Assembly: GCA_963836185.1 (NCBI GenBank)
Contig: CAWIIQ010000002.1
Coordinates: forward strand, 288,001-352,000
From: Candidatus Krumholzibacteriia bacterium
GTDB taxonomy: Bacteria; Krumholzibacteriota; Krumholzibacteriia; Krumholzibacteriales; Krumholzibacteriaceae
Direction: 5' to 3'
Length of the DNA: 64,000 nt
Made by a program: the position numbers and the translations under genes. This document shows positions 20,716 through 30,431 of the stretch, piece by piece (position 1 is the first letter of the stretch; the number at the start of each line of letters is the position of its first letter). The notes under the pieces are model-generated. The model was given only the letters and a program-made list of their open reading frames with translations. It was not told the origin of the DNA and ran no database searches.

Positions 20716-21684
20716 GTGCCACAGGAATATACGGTAAAGGAATTCTTCGAGGAAAACTCGGAGGAATTCGACCTTGAGGCCCTAACTGAAAACCTGGAGG
20801 GGCCGATCAAGATCACCAGCCAGGACATCCACAGGCCGGCGTTCGCGCTGACAGGATTCATGGAGAACTTCCTCCACAAACGTATACAGATCATAGGCGA
20901 GACCGAGCTGCTCTACCTCGATTCGCTCAACGAAGAGCAGGTCACCGACGCTTTTTCGAGGGTCTTCTCACAGAAGATGCCCTGTATAATCGTTTCGAAG
21001 GGGCTGGACGTGCCCAAGCAGCTGCTCGACTTGGCGGTCGAGAACGGGATACCGGTGCTGCGCACGACGATGCAGACGACCGAGTTCATCCATGACCTGA
21101 CGGGACATCTCGAGCTGATCTTCGCGCCGACGACCATGATCCACGGCTCGCTTGTCGATGTCTACGGGGTGGGCCTGCTCTTCTCGGGGCGCAGCGCGAT
21201 CGGTAAGAGCGAGATCGCGCTCGACCTCGTCGAGAGGGGCCACAGGCTCGTCGCGGACGATGTCGTCGAGGTGTTCAGGCACGGGGACGCCATCCTGGGG
21301 CGCGGGCGCGAGCACCTGAAACATTACATGGAGATCCGCGGCATAGGGATCATAAACGTGATGGACGTTTTCGGGATCAGGGCCGTAAGGATCCAGAAGA
21401 GAGTCGAGGTCGTCGTGCAGCTCGAGGACTGGGATCCTTCGAAGGACTGGGACCGCCACGGGCTCGATGAGCACTATACGGATATCCTCGGCATAGATGT
21501 GCGTCAGGTCGTCATCCCGATCTTTCCCGGCAAGAATATCACCGTGATCGCAGAGACGATCGCGCTCAATCATATGCTCAAGATCTACGGCATCGACGCT
21601 GCCAAGCGCCTCGACCAGCAGCTGCTGGACATGATGGAGAGCGAAAAGAAGACCAGGCGATATCTTCTGTACGATCACGAGTAG
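20716..21684 (+). CDS. hprK: HPr kinase/phosphorylase
   Basis: HGSLVDVYGVG, GRSAIGKSE, LVADD, MEIRGIGI. Confidence 0.96.
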   Translation: MPQEYTVKEFFEENSEEFDLEALTENLEGPIKITSQDIHRPAFALTGFMENFLHKRIQIIGETELLYLDSLNEEQVTDAFSRVFSQKMPCIIVSKGLDVPKQLLDLAVENGIPVLRTTMQTTEFIHDLTGHLELIFAPTTMIHGSLVDVYGVGLLFSGRSAIGKSEIALDLVERGHRLVADDVVEVFRHGDAILGRGREHLKHYMEIRGIGIINVMDVFGIRAVRIQKRVEVVVQLEDWDPSKDWDRHGLDEHYTDILGIDVRQVVIPIFPGKNITVIAETIALNHMLKIYGIDAAKRLDQQLLDMMESEKKTRRYLLYDHE

Positions 21685-21689
21685 GAGCC

Positions 21690-22085
21690 ATGACGGACAA
21701 GTACATTACCGGTATCGTTGTCACCCACGGACAACTGGGCGAGGAGCTTCTCAGGACTGTCGGCCTTATAGTCGGAGATGTCCATGACTGCTATGCGCTG
21801 TCGGGCTCCGATCTGGGAGACGAGAAAGTCATCAAGGCGATTCACGAGATACTCGACGCCAATGATGCGAGCAGAGCGGTTGTCTTCGTCGATTATTTCG
21901 GCGGTTCCTGCGGCGCGTCGTGCGTGAGGGCGACCCGCGGACTCGAAGGCGTCAAGGTCATCAGCGGAGTGAATCTGCCGATACTGCTCGACTTTGTCAC
22001 GAAGCAGGGGACCATGGAGCTCGACGAGATCGTGGGCCATCTGATTCACCGCGGCCAGGAAAGCGTCAAGGTCATAGAGATCTGA
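21690..22085 (+). CDS. PTS mannose-family EIIA
   Basis: GIVVTHG, VDYFGGS, ISGVNLP. Confidence 0.92.
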   Translation: MTDKYITGIVVTHGQLGEELLRTVGLIVGDVHDCYALSGSDLGDEKVIKAIHEILDANDASRAVVFVDYFGGSCGASCVRATRGLEGVKVISGVNLPILLDFVTKQGTMELDEIVGHLIHRGQESVKVIEI

Positions 22086-22128
22086 CAGGGCAAGATCCCA
22101 CAGAACAGCAAGGAACGAGGAACTGGCG

Positions 22129-22602
22129 ATGGTGATTCTGTTCCGTATTGACGACAGGCTTATACACGCTCAGGTCGTTGTGGGCTGGGGAAGAGACCTC
22201 CAGCCGGACAGGATCATACTTGCCGACGACCTGGTCAGCGCCGAGGACTGGGAAAAGGAGCTGTACGCCAGCGCCGCCGAGCCCGACTTCAAGGCCACGG
22301 TGCTTTCGATCGCTGACGCGGTCGAACAGGTAGGCGGAGGAGTCTTTGACAGCGAAAAGATATTCCTGCTCGTCCGGGGGCCCGCGGAAGCGCTGGAGAT
22401 GCTGAACATGGGATTGACGATGACCGAGATAAATGTCGGGGGGCTGCATTTTCGCGAGGGCCGTAAAAAGATCACAGATAACGTCTGGGTCGACGACGGT
22501 GAGAAGGAGCTCCTGCGCGACATAATGAAGAAGGGTATAACGCTCGAAGCGAGGGCGCTTCCGGGCGACAAGAGGATAACGATCAATTCAAAGGTAGTAT
22601 GA
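22129..22602 (+). CDS. PTS mannose-family EIIB
   Basis: RIDDRLIHAQV, INVGG. Confidence 0.93.
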   Translation: MVILFRIDDRLIHAQVVVGWGRDLQPDRIILADDLVSAEDWEKELYASAAEPDFKATVLSIADAVEQVGGGVFDSEKIFLLVRGPAEALEMLNMGLTMTEINVGGLHFREGRKKITDNVWVDDGEKELLRDIMKKGITLEARALPGDKRITINSKVV

Positions 22603-22619
22603 CGATAAGGCGGAAGCTT

Positions 22620-24713
22620 ATGCCGGGCAAGGTCACATTCATTTTCGGGCTCCACAATCATCAGCCGGTCGGTAATTTCGATCACGTTATCGAGGAGGCT
22701 TACGAGAGGTCCTACCTTCCGTTCATTGAGGTGATGAAGGACTACCCCGGCATCCCCTTCGCGCTTCACTGCAGCGGGATCCTCTGGGACTGGTTCGCCG
22801 AAAAACATCCCGAGTACTCCGAAGCCGTCGCTTCGATGGCGGCATCGGGCCAGGCCGAGATCATGTCAGGCGGCTATTACGAGCCTATCCTCACTATAAT
22901 CCCCGAGAGGGACAGGCAGGGGCAGCTTGCGATGATGAAGGAATTCATCGAGGGCAGGTTCGGCTCCGGGCCGCGCGGCTGCTGGCTGACAGAGAGGATA
23001 TGGGATCCGCACCTGCCCGACACCCTCTCGAAGGCGGGTCTCGAGTATGTGATCGTAGACGACTCACATTTCAAGAGCACCGGTTTCAAGATCGAGCAGA
23101 TGCGCGGGTTCTACCTCTCCGAGGAGAACGGCCGGTACATCAATGTATTCCCGATAGACAAGACTCTACGGTACCTCGTTCCCTTTCACGAGCCGCACGA
23201 GGTGATAGCTCACCTCAGGTCGATATCGGAGGAGCCCGGCATCGAGAGGAAGATCGCCGTACTGGCCGACGACGGGGAGAAGTTCGGCCTCTGGACCGGA
23301 ACTCACGACCTCGTATACAAGAACCAGTGGCTGCGCCGATTCTGCGACGAACTGATGAAGAACTCCGACTGGATCACCGTATCCACTTTCTCGAAGGTCA
23401 TCGACGAGACACCCCCGAGGGGGATCGTCTATCTTCCTACCGCTTCGTACAGTGAGATGATGGAATGGGCGCTGCCGCTGCGCGCGCAAGAGCAGTACCA
23501 GGATGCGAAAGGCATCCTCGAGGGGAGCGGGCGTTTCCCCGATGCTGCCGAGGTCGTAAAGGGCGGCTTCTGGCGCAACTTCCTCGTCAAGTACGAGGAA
23601 GCGAACTGGATGCACAAGAGGATGCTCCGCGCGAGCAGGCTTCTCGAAGATTCAGGCAGGGATGACGCCGAGGCAGAGAGCCACCTCTACCAGGCCCAGT
23701 GCAACTGCGCTTACTGGCACGGCCTCTTCGGCGGACTCTACCTGCCCCATCTGCGAAGCGCGATATTCAAGCATGTACTCGAGACTGAGGCGATGCTCGA
23801 GAGCGGCACCTTCGAGCGCGGGGACATCGACGGTGACGGAGTGGAGGAAGTGATCTTTACCTCCGGGAAGATGCAGGCCTTCTTCAAGGCGAAGGGGGGT
23901 GTCCTGCGTGAGCTCGATGACATGCGGACGAAGTTCAACATCACCGATACCCTGACGCGCCGCGAAGAGATATATCACAAGGGTCTTGCTGACATCGGAA
24001 AAGAAGGCGGGAACGGGAACGAACCTGTCAGCATCCACAACCTCGCCACCGCGAAGGAGAAGGGGCTCGAGAAGAAGCTCCTATACGACCGCTGGCCGAA
24101 GGCATCGCTGTCCGACAGGTTCATGCCGGCCGATACCACTCTCGGCGCCTTCGCGGCGGGCACATACACCGAGCTTGGTGATTTTGTCGACGGACTCTAC
24201 GAAGTCGAGACCGAAAACGACAATATCATAATCATGAACCGGGCCGGTCTCGTCGGCTCCGAACGTGCCCATGTCCGTAAGATGGTGACCATCGACGGCG
24301 CTGACTGCTCGATGAAGGTGGACTATACCATCATAGCAGGCAGAAACGGGCTCTCATGTCTTTTCGCCGTAGAGAACGTCTTTTCCTTCCTCGCCGGGGA
24401 CGCTCCCGACAGGTATTTCGATATCCCGGGCCGCGAGATCGCAGGGGGCAGAAACCTTGCTTCCAGTGGTGTCGAAGAGGAAGTCGCTCTCCTGAGGATG
24501 GTCGACGAATGGCTCGACCTTTCGCTGAAGATGGAGTTTTCGCCGGGCACGGATGTCTGGCGATACCCGATCGAGACCGTCTCGAACTCCGATTCGGGTT
24601 TCGAGAGGGTCTACCAGGGCTCGGCCGTTGTGGCCGTGAGAAAGCTGGACCTGGGGCCGGACGAATCGGAAACGTTTGTCTTGAGATTCGGCATCCTGCC
24701 GGCGCGCCAATGA
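22620..24713 (+). CDS. GH57 4-alpha-glucanotransferase/alpha-amylase
   Basis: HNHQPVGNF, GYYEPIL, WLTERIW, DDGEKFG, QCNCAYWHG.FGGLY, SNSDSGFERVYQG. Confidence 0.92.
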   Translation: MPGKVTFIFGLHNHQPVGNFDHVIEEAYERSYLPFIEVMKDYPGIPFALHCSGILWDWFAEKHPEYSEAVASMAASGQAEIMSGGYYEPILTIIPERDRQGQLAMMKEFIEGRFGSGPRGCWLTERIWDPHLPDTLSKAGLEYVIVDDSHFKSTGFKIEQMRGFYLSEENGRYINVFPIDKTLRYLVPFHEPHEVIAHLRSISEEPGIERKIAVLADDGEKFGLWTGTHDLVYKNQWLRRFCDELMKNSDWITVSTFSKVIDETPPRGIVYLPTASYSEMMEWALPLRAQEQYQDAKGILEGSGRFPDAAEVVKGGFWRNFLVKYEEANWMHKRMLRASRLLEDSGRDDAEAESHLYQAQCNCAYWHGLFGGLYLPHLRSAIFKHVLETEAMLESGTFERGDIDGDGVEEVIFTSGKMQAFFKAKGGVLRELDDMRTKFNITDTLTRREEIYHKGLADIGKEGGNGNEPVSIHNLATAKEKGLEKKLLYDRWPKASLSDRFMPADTTLGAFAAGTYTELGDFVDGLYEVETENDNIIIMNRAGLVGSERAHVRKMVTIDGADCSMKVDYTIIAGRNGLSCLFAVENVFSFLAGDAPDRYFDIPGREIAGGRNLASSGVEEEVALLRMVDEWLDLSLKMEFSPGTDVWRYPIETVSNSDSGFERVYQGSAVVAVRKLDLGPDESETFVLRFGILPARQ

Positions 24714-24734
24714 TCTGGAGCTGAGATACTGATC

Positions 24735-25439
24735 ATGCATCCCCTTCTTGTGGCATCTCTTCTCGGGGGAGCGCTCTCCTTCGAGTACCGGACGTCGATC
24801 AGGCTCTACCTGTCGGCGCCGCTGGTCAGCGGGCTCATAACGGGCCTTCTGCTCGGGTATCCCCTCCATGGGCTCCTGGCGGGGGTGCTGATGCAGCTTC
24901 TCTTTATCGGTTCTGTGAGGCTCAGGGGGAGGCCTGAGGCGGATCTGCCCCCGGCTGGAGTGGTCGCCGCGGCCGCCTTCATCATAGTCTCCCGTGATAC
25001 GGGCAGGGTCACGACGATGGACGGGCTGATCCTGTTCTGGTCGCTTCTGCTCGGGCTGCTGACCGCCGCCTTCGGCTCGATATTCTATACTCAGTGGGAA
25101 AAGTTCGCGGCGAGGCCCGCCGGCAGCGGGCTCGAACTCGCCCGTAAGGGGAGAACGCGCTCCGCTTCGGCGATTCACCTCGGTCTATCCCTCGTACACT
25201 TCGCCTGGGGTTTCCTGGTGGTCCTGGTGGTGCTGCTGCCGGGGCTCGCGGCTGTGAGATATCTCTCTACGGGGATCGATGTCCTGTCGGCCGGATCGAT
25301 GGGATCGCTTCCCTTTCTCATACCCCTGATCGCAGCCGGAGCGATCCTGAAGCTTCTTCGTGACCGGACGAGGCTCTTCTGGTTCGGAGCGGGATTTCTC
25401 ATCGCCGCCGTATTCTTCATATTCGGGGGAGGCGTATGA
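24735..25439 (+). CDS. PTS mannose-family EIIC (divergent)
   Basis: Multi-TM; PLVSGLITGLLLG..GL..G..MQL; operon position. Confidence 0.78.
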   Translation: MHPLLVASLLGGALSFEYRTSIRLYLSAPLVSGLITGLLLGYPLHGLLAGVLMQLLFIGSVRLRGRPEADLPPAGVVAAAAFIIVSRDTGRVTTMDGLILFWSLLLGLLTAAFGSIFYTQWEKFAARPAGSGLELARKGRTRSASAIHLGLSLVHFAWGFLVVLVVLLPGLAAVRYLSTGIDVLSAGSMGSLPFLIPLIAAGAILKLLRDRTRLFWFGAGFLIAAVFFIFGGGV

Positions 25440-26164
25440 TCTGGCTCGCCATCGATACTGTCTGGCGGCTCTTCTTCATGCAGGGCTCCCGCAACGGCCG
25501 CACGGTCGACGGGCTCGGCTTCTTCAATGTCATGGAGCCGCTCGTAAGGCGCCTGGCCCGCACGGGGCAGGACAAGGGTGAGGCCGCCTCGAGATATACC
25601 GGATATTTCAACTGTAATCCTCTGATGGCCTCATATATAGCCGGCGCCCTGACGAGGATGGAACTCGATGAAGCCGGCGGGGGCGGGCTGGACGCTCGGA
25701 AAGCCGAAAGGGTCAAAGATACGATGTCGTCCGTTCTGACTGCCAGGGGGGACTATTTTGTCGAAATGGTGCTCCTTCTCGTTTCGTTGACAATCGGAAG
25801 TATTTTTGCTATTTATACGTGGTATGCCGGACCGGTAGTCTTTCTGGCTCTATATAATCTGTATAATTTCCGTATTAGGATAGGCGGTTACCGGACAGGC
25901 CTGCATCTCGGAGAGGGCACAGGGCGGGCGCTTGCGGCGCAACTGCTGAAAGAGCAGAAGCTGCTCGGTTCGATCGGGGCCTTTTCCGCCGGGGTCCTCG
26001 TGGCCCTTTTGACGGTCAGGGCCTGGAGATTCGGTGGGCCGCGCATCGCCGCCGCGGGAGTGGTGCTGGCGGCTGCGGCCTGGCTCGCCAGGGGACGGAT
26101 GTCCATGCTCAAGACGGCCTTTCTGCTGCTCCTGGCGGCAGGGGTCTTTCTTACACTGTGGTAG
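25436..26164 (+). CDS. PTS mannose-family EIID (divergent)
   Basis: QGSRN..GLGF, YFNCNP, GD motif, PVVFLALYN. Confidence 0.8.
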   Translation: MIWLAIDTVWRLFFMQGSRNGRTVDGLGFFNVMEPLVRRLARTGQDKGEAASRYTGYFNCNPLMASYIAGALTRMELDEAGGGGLDARKAERVKDTMSSVLTARGDYFVEMVLLLVSLTIGSIFAIYTWYAGPVVFLALYNLYNFRIRIGGYRTGLHLGEGTGRALAAQLLKEQKLLGSIGAFSAGVLVALLTVRAWRFGGPRIAAAGVVLAAAAWLARGRMSMLKTAFLLLLAAGVFLTLW

Positions 26165-26195
26165 ATGACTGCCTGAAAAGGACAGGCTTTAAGAT

Positions 26196-26468
26196 ATGGT
26201 CACCAGCAAGGTCAAGGTCCTCAACAAGACCGGTATACACCTGAGACTCGCCAACCTGATCGTCAATGCCGCCTCGCAGTTCGAGTCGGCGGTGATGCTG
26301 GAGAAGGACGGTCTCGAGGTGAACGCGAAGAGCATGCTCGGAGTGGCGATGCTTGGCGCCGAGCAGGGGGCCGAACTGATGTTGAATATAGATGGAAGCG
26401 ACGAGGAAGAAGCCCTGGATACTCTGACCGGACTGTTCGAGACGAACTTCGGCAGAGAGGTGGTCTGA
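26196..26468 (+). CDS. ptsH: phosphocarrier HPr
   Basis: NKTGIHLR (His15), NAKSMLG (Ser46). Confidence 0.93.
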   Translation: MVTSKVKVLNKTGIHLRLANLIVNAASQFESAVMLEKDGLEVNAKSMLGVAMLGAEQGAELMLNIDGSDEEEALDTLTGLFETNFGREVV

Positions 26469-28279
26469 TGGATCGGATGGATCGCGAGCATATAGAAAAG
26501 ACAGAGATGATATTCGATGGTATCGCCGCGTCGCCGGGGATCGCCTTCGGGGAGGCCTTTGTCCTCAATGTCGAGGACGTTTCGGTCGAAGACGAGCGGA
26601 TCGGCGCCGATATGGTCGAGCCCGAGATCGCGAGGTTCGAGGAGGCCCTAGATGCGACGGAGAAGGAACTCAGGGCCCTTGCCCGCGCCCTCGAAGAGGA
26701 GATGGGGCGGGAGCACGCCAAGATCCTCGATTCGCACGTCATGATGCTCGCCGACGAAGTCATGCGCAAGGACACGATAGATGTTATCAGCACCGAGCAT
26801 GTCTCGGCGCCGTGCGCTTTCCATCGCGTGATCGACAAGACGCTCAGGGCGTTCGACCAGATCGAGGACCAGTACCTCAAGGAGCGGTCAGAGGATGTCC
26901 GAGACGTCAGGCGGCGCGTCATCAGGAACCTGCTCGGCCAGAAGGTCGACGGGCTCGTCAACCTTCGCAAGGAAGCGATCGTCGTCGGGAAGAACCTGAC
27001 ACCGTCCGATACGATGGGATTCAAACGCAAGTATGTGAAGGCCTTCGTCTCGGACATGGGCGGCTCTACCTCCCACGCCGCGATCATGGCCAGGTCACAC
27101 GGCATCCCCGCTGTCGTCGGGGCCGAAGGATTCAGCGCCCACGCCAAACCATACGACAAGCTCATTGTCGATGGAACGGCCGGACAGGTCGTTCTCAATC
27201 CCACCCCCGAGACGGTCAAGCTGTACGAGGTGGCAAGAGAGAGGTTCAAGCTGCTCGAGGCCGAGCTGCTGAAACTGAAGGATTACCCCGCCGTTACGCT
27301 CGACGGCCGAAAGATCGAGCTGTCCGGCAATATAGAGTCTGCCGACGAGCTCGATGACGTTGTCAGTCACGGAGCGAAAGGGATCGGCCTCTTCAGAACG
27401 GAGTACTTCTTCATGGGGCGGGCGACTCTTCCTGGCGAGGAGGAGCAGTACAGGTTCTACTCCGACGTGGTAAAGAGGATCGCGCCCGATCCCGTCATCG
27501 TGAGGACCCTCGATATCGGCGGCGACAAGATCGCCAAGTGGGTCGATGACAGGCCGGAGGAGAATCCCTTCATGGGATGGCGCGGCATCAGGTTTACCCT
27601 TTCGAGAAAAGATATCTTCCGGACCCAGCTGCGGGCGATTTACAGGGCCGCGGCGCATGGCCGGGTCAGGATAATGTTCCCCATGGTATCGGTCGTCGAC
27701 GAGGTCAGGGCGGCTCTGGCTATCTGCGAAGAAGTCAGGGATGACCTGGAGAAGGAGAGATACCAGTACGGCAAGGATGTCGAGATCGGTATCATGATCG
27801 AGACCCCCTCCGCAGTGGCGCTCGCCGACCATCTTGCCAAGGAGGTCGATTTTTTCAGCATAGGCTCAAACGATCTCGTGCAGTATACGCTCGCCGTAGA
27901 CAGGGGCAATTCGCGGATCGCCTATCTCTATGACGAGCTGCACCCGAGCATCGTCAGGATGATCAATGATACGGTGCAGGCTGCGCACAAGAACAACATA
28001 TGGGCCGGCCTCTGCGGCGAGATGACCGCAAGCGCCGGCGTTCACGGAACGCTTCTTCTGATAGGGGCGGGCCTCGATGAGCTCAGCGCTCCCGCTTTCC
28101 TGATTCCCGAGGTCAAGAAGATCATCAGATCCGTCACTTACGATGAGACAAAGACACTGCTCAAGAAAGCGCTGAGGAAATCGACCGCAGCGGAGATACG
28201 GGCGCTTATCGACAAGTACCTCAAGGACAAGAGGCCGCAGCTGCAGGAATTCGCGATAAAGGGTTCGAAACAGGAATAG
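26468..28279 (+). CDS. ptsI: PTS enzyme I
   Basis: GIAASPG, TSHAAIMARS, GLFRTE, RTLDIGGDK, FFSIGSNDL, CGEM. Confidence 0.97.
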   Translation: MDRMDREHIEKTEMIFDGIAASPGIAFGEAFVLNVEDVSVEDERIGADMVEPEIARFEEALDATEKELRALARALEEEMGREHAKILDSHVMMLADEVMRKDTIDVISTEHVSAPCAFHRVIDKTLRAFDQIEDQYLKERSEDVRDVRRRVIRNLLGQKVDGLVNLRKEAIVVGKNLTPSDTMGFKRKYVKAFVSDMGGSTSHAAIMARSHGIPAVVGAEGFSAHAKPYDKLIVDGTAGQVVLNPTPETVKLYEVARERFKLLEAELLKLKDYPAVTLDGRKIELSGNIESADELDDVVSHGAKGIGLFRTEYFFMGRATLPGEEEQYRFYSDVVKRIAPDPVIVRTLDIGGDKIAKWVDDRPEENPFMGWRGIRFTLSRKDIFRTQLRAIYRAAAHGRVRIMFPMVSVVDEVRAALAICEEVRDDLEKERYQYGKDVEIGIMIETPSAVALADHLAKEVDFFSIGSNDLVQYTLAVDRGNSRIAYLYDELHPSIVRMINDTVQAAHKNNIWAGLCGEMTASAGVHGTLLLIGAGLDELSAPAFLIPEVKKIIRSVTYDETKTLLKKALRKSTAAEIRALIDKYLKDKRPQLQEFAIKGSKQE

Positions 28280-28295
28280 ACCCGGAGGAGACGGG

Positions 28296-29372
28296 ATGGC
28301 TCCCGACCACTCGGCAAGACATTACGGGATAGACACCGGGAAGATGCTCGACAAGGTCCTCGGACTGCCGGACCAGATGGCCGAGGCGTGGGACCTTGCC
28401 GACGAGCTGGTCGAATGCATGCCTGCCGGGGCGCCGACCCTCATCATCTGCGGGATGGGCGGGAGCGCCATCGGCGGACAGCTCCTTCGCGACCTGATAG
28501 CCGAAGACTCCGACGTCTCGGTGCATATCGAGAGAGGCTACACACTGCCAGCGTTCGCGGGGAAGGAGACCCCGGTCGTCTGTATAAGCTACAGCGGCAA
28601 CACCGAGGAGGTCCTCGGCTGCTTTCGCGACGGGCTGGAGAGAGGGTCGCCTATGGCTGTCATCTCATCGGGGGGCATACTCACCGATGAGGCGAAGAAG
28701 GCGGGGATCCCGGGTCTGCTCATACCGGGAGGGATGCCGCCGAGAGCGGCGCTCGGCTACCTCTTCACACCCCTGCTGAAGCTCGCTTCATGCTGGGGAT
28801 TCTGCTCGATCGATGAGGAGGAGTTCAGGTCGGTGCTTCGGAAGACGCGCAAGCTCCTCGACAAATGTTCCCTCGAGGCTGACCTCGCCGGGAACACGCC
28901 GATGCAGCTGGCCAAGAGGCTCTACGGGAAGATCCCGCTCGTGTACAGCGCCAACGGGCTCCTCGTCGGGGCGGCGTACAGGTGGAAGTGCCAGTTCAAT
29001 GAGAACAGCAAGTGCATGGCCTTCGTCAATAATTTCCCCGAGCTGGGCCACAACGAGATAATGGGCTGGGACAGCCCTGAGAAGATACTGCAGGAGATAT
29101 TCCTCGTAATGCTCACTGATGTCGACGACCACCCTCGGGTGGGAAAGAGGATGGAGGTGACTTACGAGATGCTCGAGCCGCTGGCGGCTGGAGCGATCAA
29201 GCTCAACAGCGTCGGAGGTCCGGGGTTCGCGGGGAGGCTCGCCAGGCTCCTTTCGATAGTCGCCCTCGGCGACCTCACGAGTGTATATCTCGCCGTGGAG
29301 TCGGGGAAGGACCCCACGCCGATAGACAAGATAGAAGAGATCAAGAATCTGCTCAGATCGGAGGATGAATGA
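28296..29372 (+). CDS. bifunctional phosphoglucose/phosphomannose isomerase
   Basis: GMGGSAIGG, SYSGNTEE, PPRAA, RWKCQFNENSK, PELGHNE. Confidence 0.93.
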   Translation: MAPDHSARHYGIDTGKMLDKVLGLPDQMAEAWDLADELVECMPAGAPTLIICGMGGSAIGGQLLRDLIAEDSDVSVHIERGYTLPAFAGKETPVVCISYSGNTEEVLGCFRDGLERGSPMAVISSGGILTDEAKKAGIPGLLIPGGMPPRAALGYLFTPLLKLASCWGFCSIDEEEFRSVLRKTRKLLDKCSLEADLAGNTPMQLAKRLYGKIPLVYSANGLLVGAAYRWKCQFNENSKCMAFVNNFPELGHNEIMGWDSPEKILQEIFLVMLTDVDDHPRVGKRMEVTYEMLEPLAAGAIKLNSVGGPGFAGRLARLLSIVALGDLTSVYLAVESGKDPTPIDKIEEIKNLLRSEDE

Positions 29373-30343
29373 AAGCCGTAATCCCCGTAGCGGGCATAGG
29401 CAAGCGGCTCCGCCCCCACACGCATACGGGCCCCAAGGCGCTCGTCACAGTCGCGGGAAAACCGATCCTCGGACATATCGTCGACAGCCTCGTCGAGATG
29501 GGAGTGACGGAGCTTATTCCTATCGTAGGATACAAGGGCGAACAGATCACCGAGTACCTCACCACGGCATACGACCTGAAGATCGATTTCGTCCATCAGC
29601 AGGAGCAGAAGGGGATCGCCCACGCGGTCGACCTCACGCGGCAGTTCGCCGATGACTCCGAGCTGATAATCATCCTCGGCGATACGATAATAGACACTGA
29701 TTTCACGAAGATACCGGAGGCGGGCGATTTCGTCCTGGGAGTACGTGAGGTGGAGGACCCGAAAAGGTTCGGGATCTGCGAGGTGGACGGCGGAGTCATC
29801 ACGAGCATAGTAGAGAAGCCGGATGACCCGAAAGGCAACCTCGCCATAGTCGGGCTCTACTATTTCAAGGATTCGGCTCCGCTCTTTAAGGCATGCCGGG
29901 CGGTGATCGACGGGGATATCATGACGAAGGGCGAGTACCAGATCACCGATGCCCTGTCGCTGATGATAGAGAATGGAACGAAATTCGTGCCTTACGAGAT
30001 CGGCGGCTGGTACGACTGCGGAAAGGTCGAGACCCTTCTGGAGACGAACCGTGTGCTGCTCGAGGGAGTCAAGAACGGGGGGCACGGCAGTAATTCAGTG
30101 ATAATCCCTCCCTGTTTCATCGATCCCGGATCGACGATCGAGAACTCCGTGGTCGGGCCTTACGTGTCGGTCGCCGGCGGATGCTCGATAACAGATTCGG
30201 TCGTAAAGGACTCGATATTGAACGAGGGATGTTCACTCTCGAATGTCGTTCTGGAAGCGAGCGTTATCGGGGCAGGAGCCGAAGTTACCGGAAACAGTTC
30301 GAATCTCAATATAAGCGACGATTCGCAGGTCGATCTGGGGTAG
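29369..30343 (+). CDS. sugar-1-phosphate nucleotidyltransferase (long-form glucose-1-P thymidylyltransferase-like)
   Basis: AGIGKRLRPHT..PK, EKP, EYQITDAL, WYDCG, C-terminal hexapeptide repeats. Confidence 0.9.
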   Translation: MKAVIPVAGIGKRLRPHTHTGPKALVTVAGKPILGHIVDSLVEMGVTELIPIVGYKGEQITEYLTTAYDLKIDFVHQQEQKGIAHAVDLTRQFADDSELIIILGDTIIDTDFTKIPEAGDFVLGVREVEDPKRFGICEVDGGVITSIVEKPDDPKGNLAIVGLYYFKDSAPLFKACRAVIDGDIMTKGEYQITDALSLMIENGTKFVPYEIGGWYDCGKVETLLETNRVLLEGVKNGGHGSNSVIIPPCFIDPGSTIENSVVGPYVSVAGGCSITDSVVKDSILNEGCSLSNVVLEASVIGAGAEVTGNSSNLNISDDSQVDLG

Positions 30344-30431
30344 TGGAATAAGAATTTGACTCCAAGTCCGCAATTTAGGATATGTATACGTACTGTGATC
30401 TATAAATAACAAATGTGAGGGAGGACAATTC

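Noticed and set aside
30344-30431. SAM riboswitch upstream of metK
   Set aside because: The leader is short and AT-rich and lacks SAM-I/II/III core motifs
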